A stretch of DNA of 64,000 nt from Oopsacas minuta (lineage: Eukaryota > Animalia > Porifera). Shown here one piece after another: positions 63,620-64,000 of this stretch. Both the position numbers and the translations under genes were made by a program. The stretch spans positions 196,432 through 260,431 of the forward strand of contig JAKMXF010000099.1 in the NCBI GenBank assembly GCA_024704765.1, written 5' to 3'. How positions within the stretch are numbered: the first letter of the stretch is position 1; each line of letters opens with the position of its first letter. The notes under the pieces are model-generated. The model ran no database searches. It was not told where the DNA came from and saw only the letters and a list, made by a program, of their open reading frames with translations.

Positions 63620-64000
63620 TACATGTTTATATGTCCAGAATGAATTGAAAAAACTGAAATACCACTACTGGACTTATTTAAGAATAGAGGTGTATATCGA
63701 CCTGACTATGAGAAATTCGAGTCTTAGACGATAATTCATAACTGTGACGTCATTATCATCTCTTTGTATTCTCGAAGATTCGCAATATCTGCTAGTGCTC
63801 AAGTTACATACCGAAAGAAGCTGGAAATTTAAATCAAGAGTACCACAGAATTTCAGATGTCTTGACGTCATCACTTTGACTAATTACAAACTCATCCATA
63901 ATTATTGCACCACAATGAATGTATAATAAATAAAAATTGTGGAAGTTGCAAATAATAGAAATTGATAATATTCGAAACATGAGGTGCCTAGTAGGAACAG

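Noticed and set aside
1-64000. tRNA, rRNA, snRNA genes or Pol III A/B boxes
   Set aside because: None recognised by eye; tRNAscan-SE/Infernal would be needed to exclude them formally.

Overview
AT-rich animal (invertebrate-type) genomic DNA that is almost entirely a nest of decayed DNA transposons. The host cannot be fixed from sequence alone; a sponge or other early-branching or compact-gene invertebrate is only a guess. One clear host gene is present: an intronless TFIIIC subunit 4 (GTF3C4/TFIIIC90) at 45817-47841 on the minus strand. A small spliced gene may lie just downstream of it. Recognisable elements: about nine Tc1/mariner copies (DD34E, DD34D, DD37D/E), a Tigger/pogo, two Buster hATs, ZMYM1-type and ZBED1-type hATs, two Chapaev3-like elements, Ginger/Gypsy-type integrase relics, MULE relics, several MITEs and two large foldback elements. 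One foldback carries a LINE 5' fragment with a 2A-like motif. The most notable signal is three divergent RAG1-like (RAG1L/Transib-clade) transposase relics at about 18.5-20.3 kb (-), 24.2-26.2 kb (+) and 54.9-55.3 kb (+). They share a novel-looking N-terminus and a nonamer-binding-like helix. One has a spliceosomal intron, another keeps a degenerate RAG1L C-terminal CX2CX3GHX4C motif, and no RAG2-like partner is visible. None is intact. No rRNA, tRNA or CRISPR was seen. All homology calls are by-eye motif recognition, not database searches.
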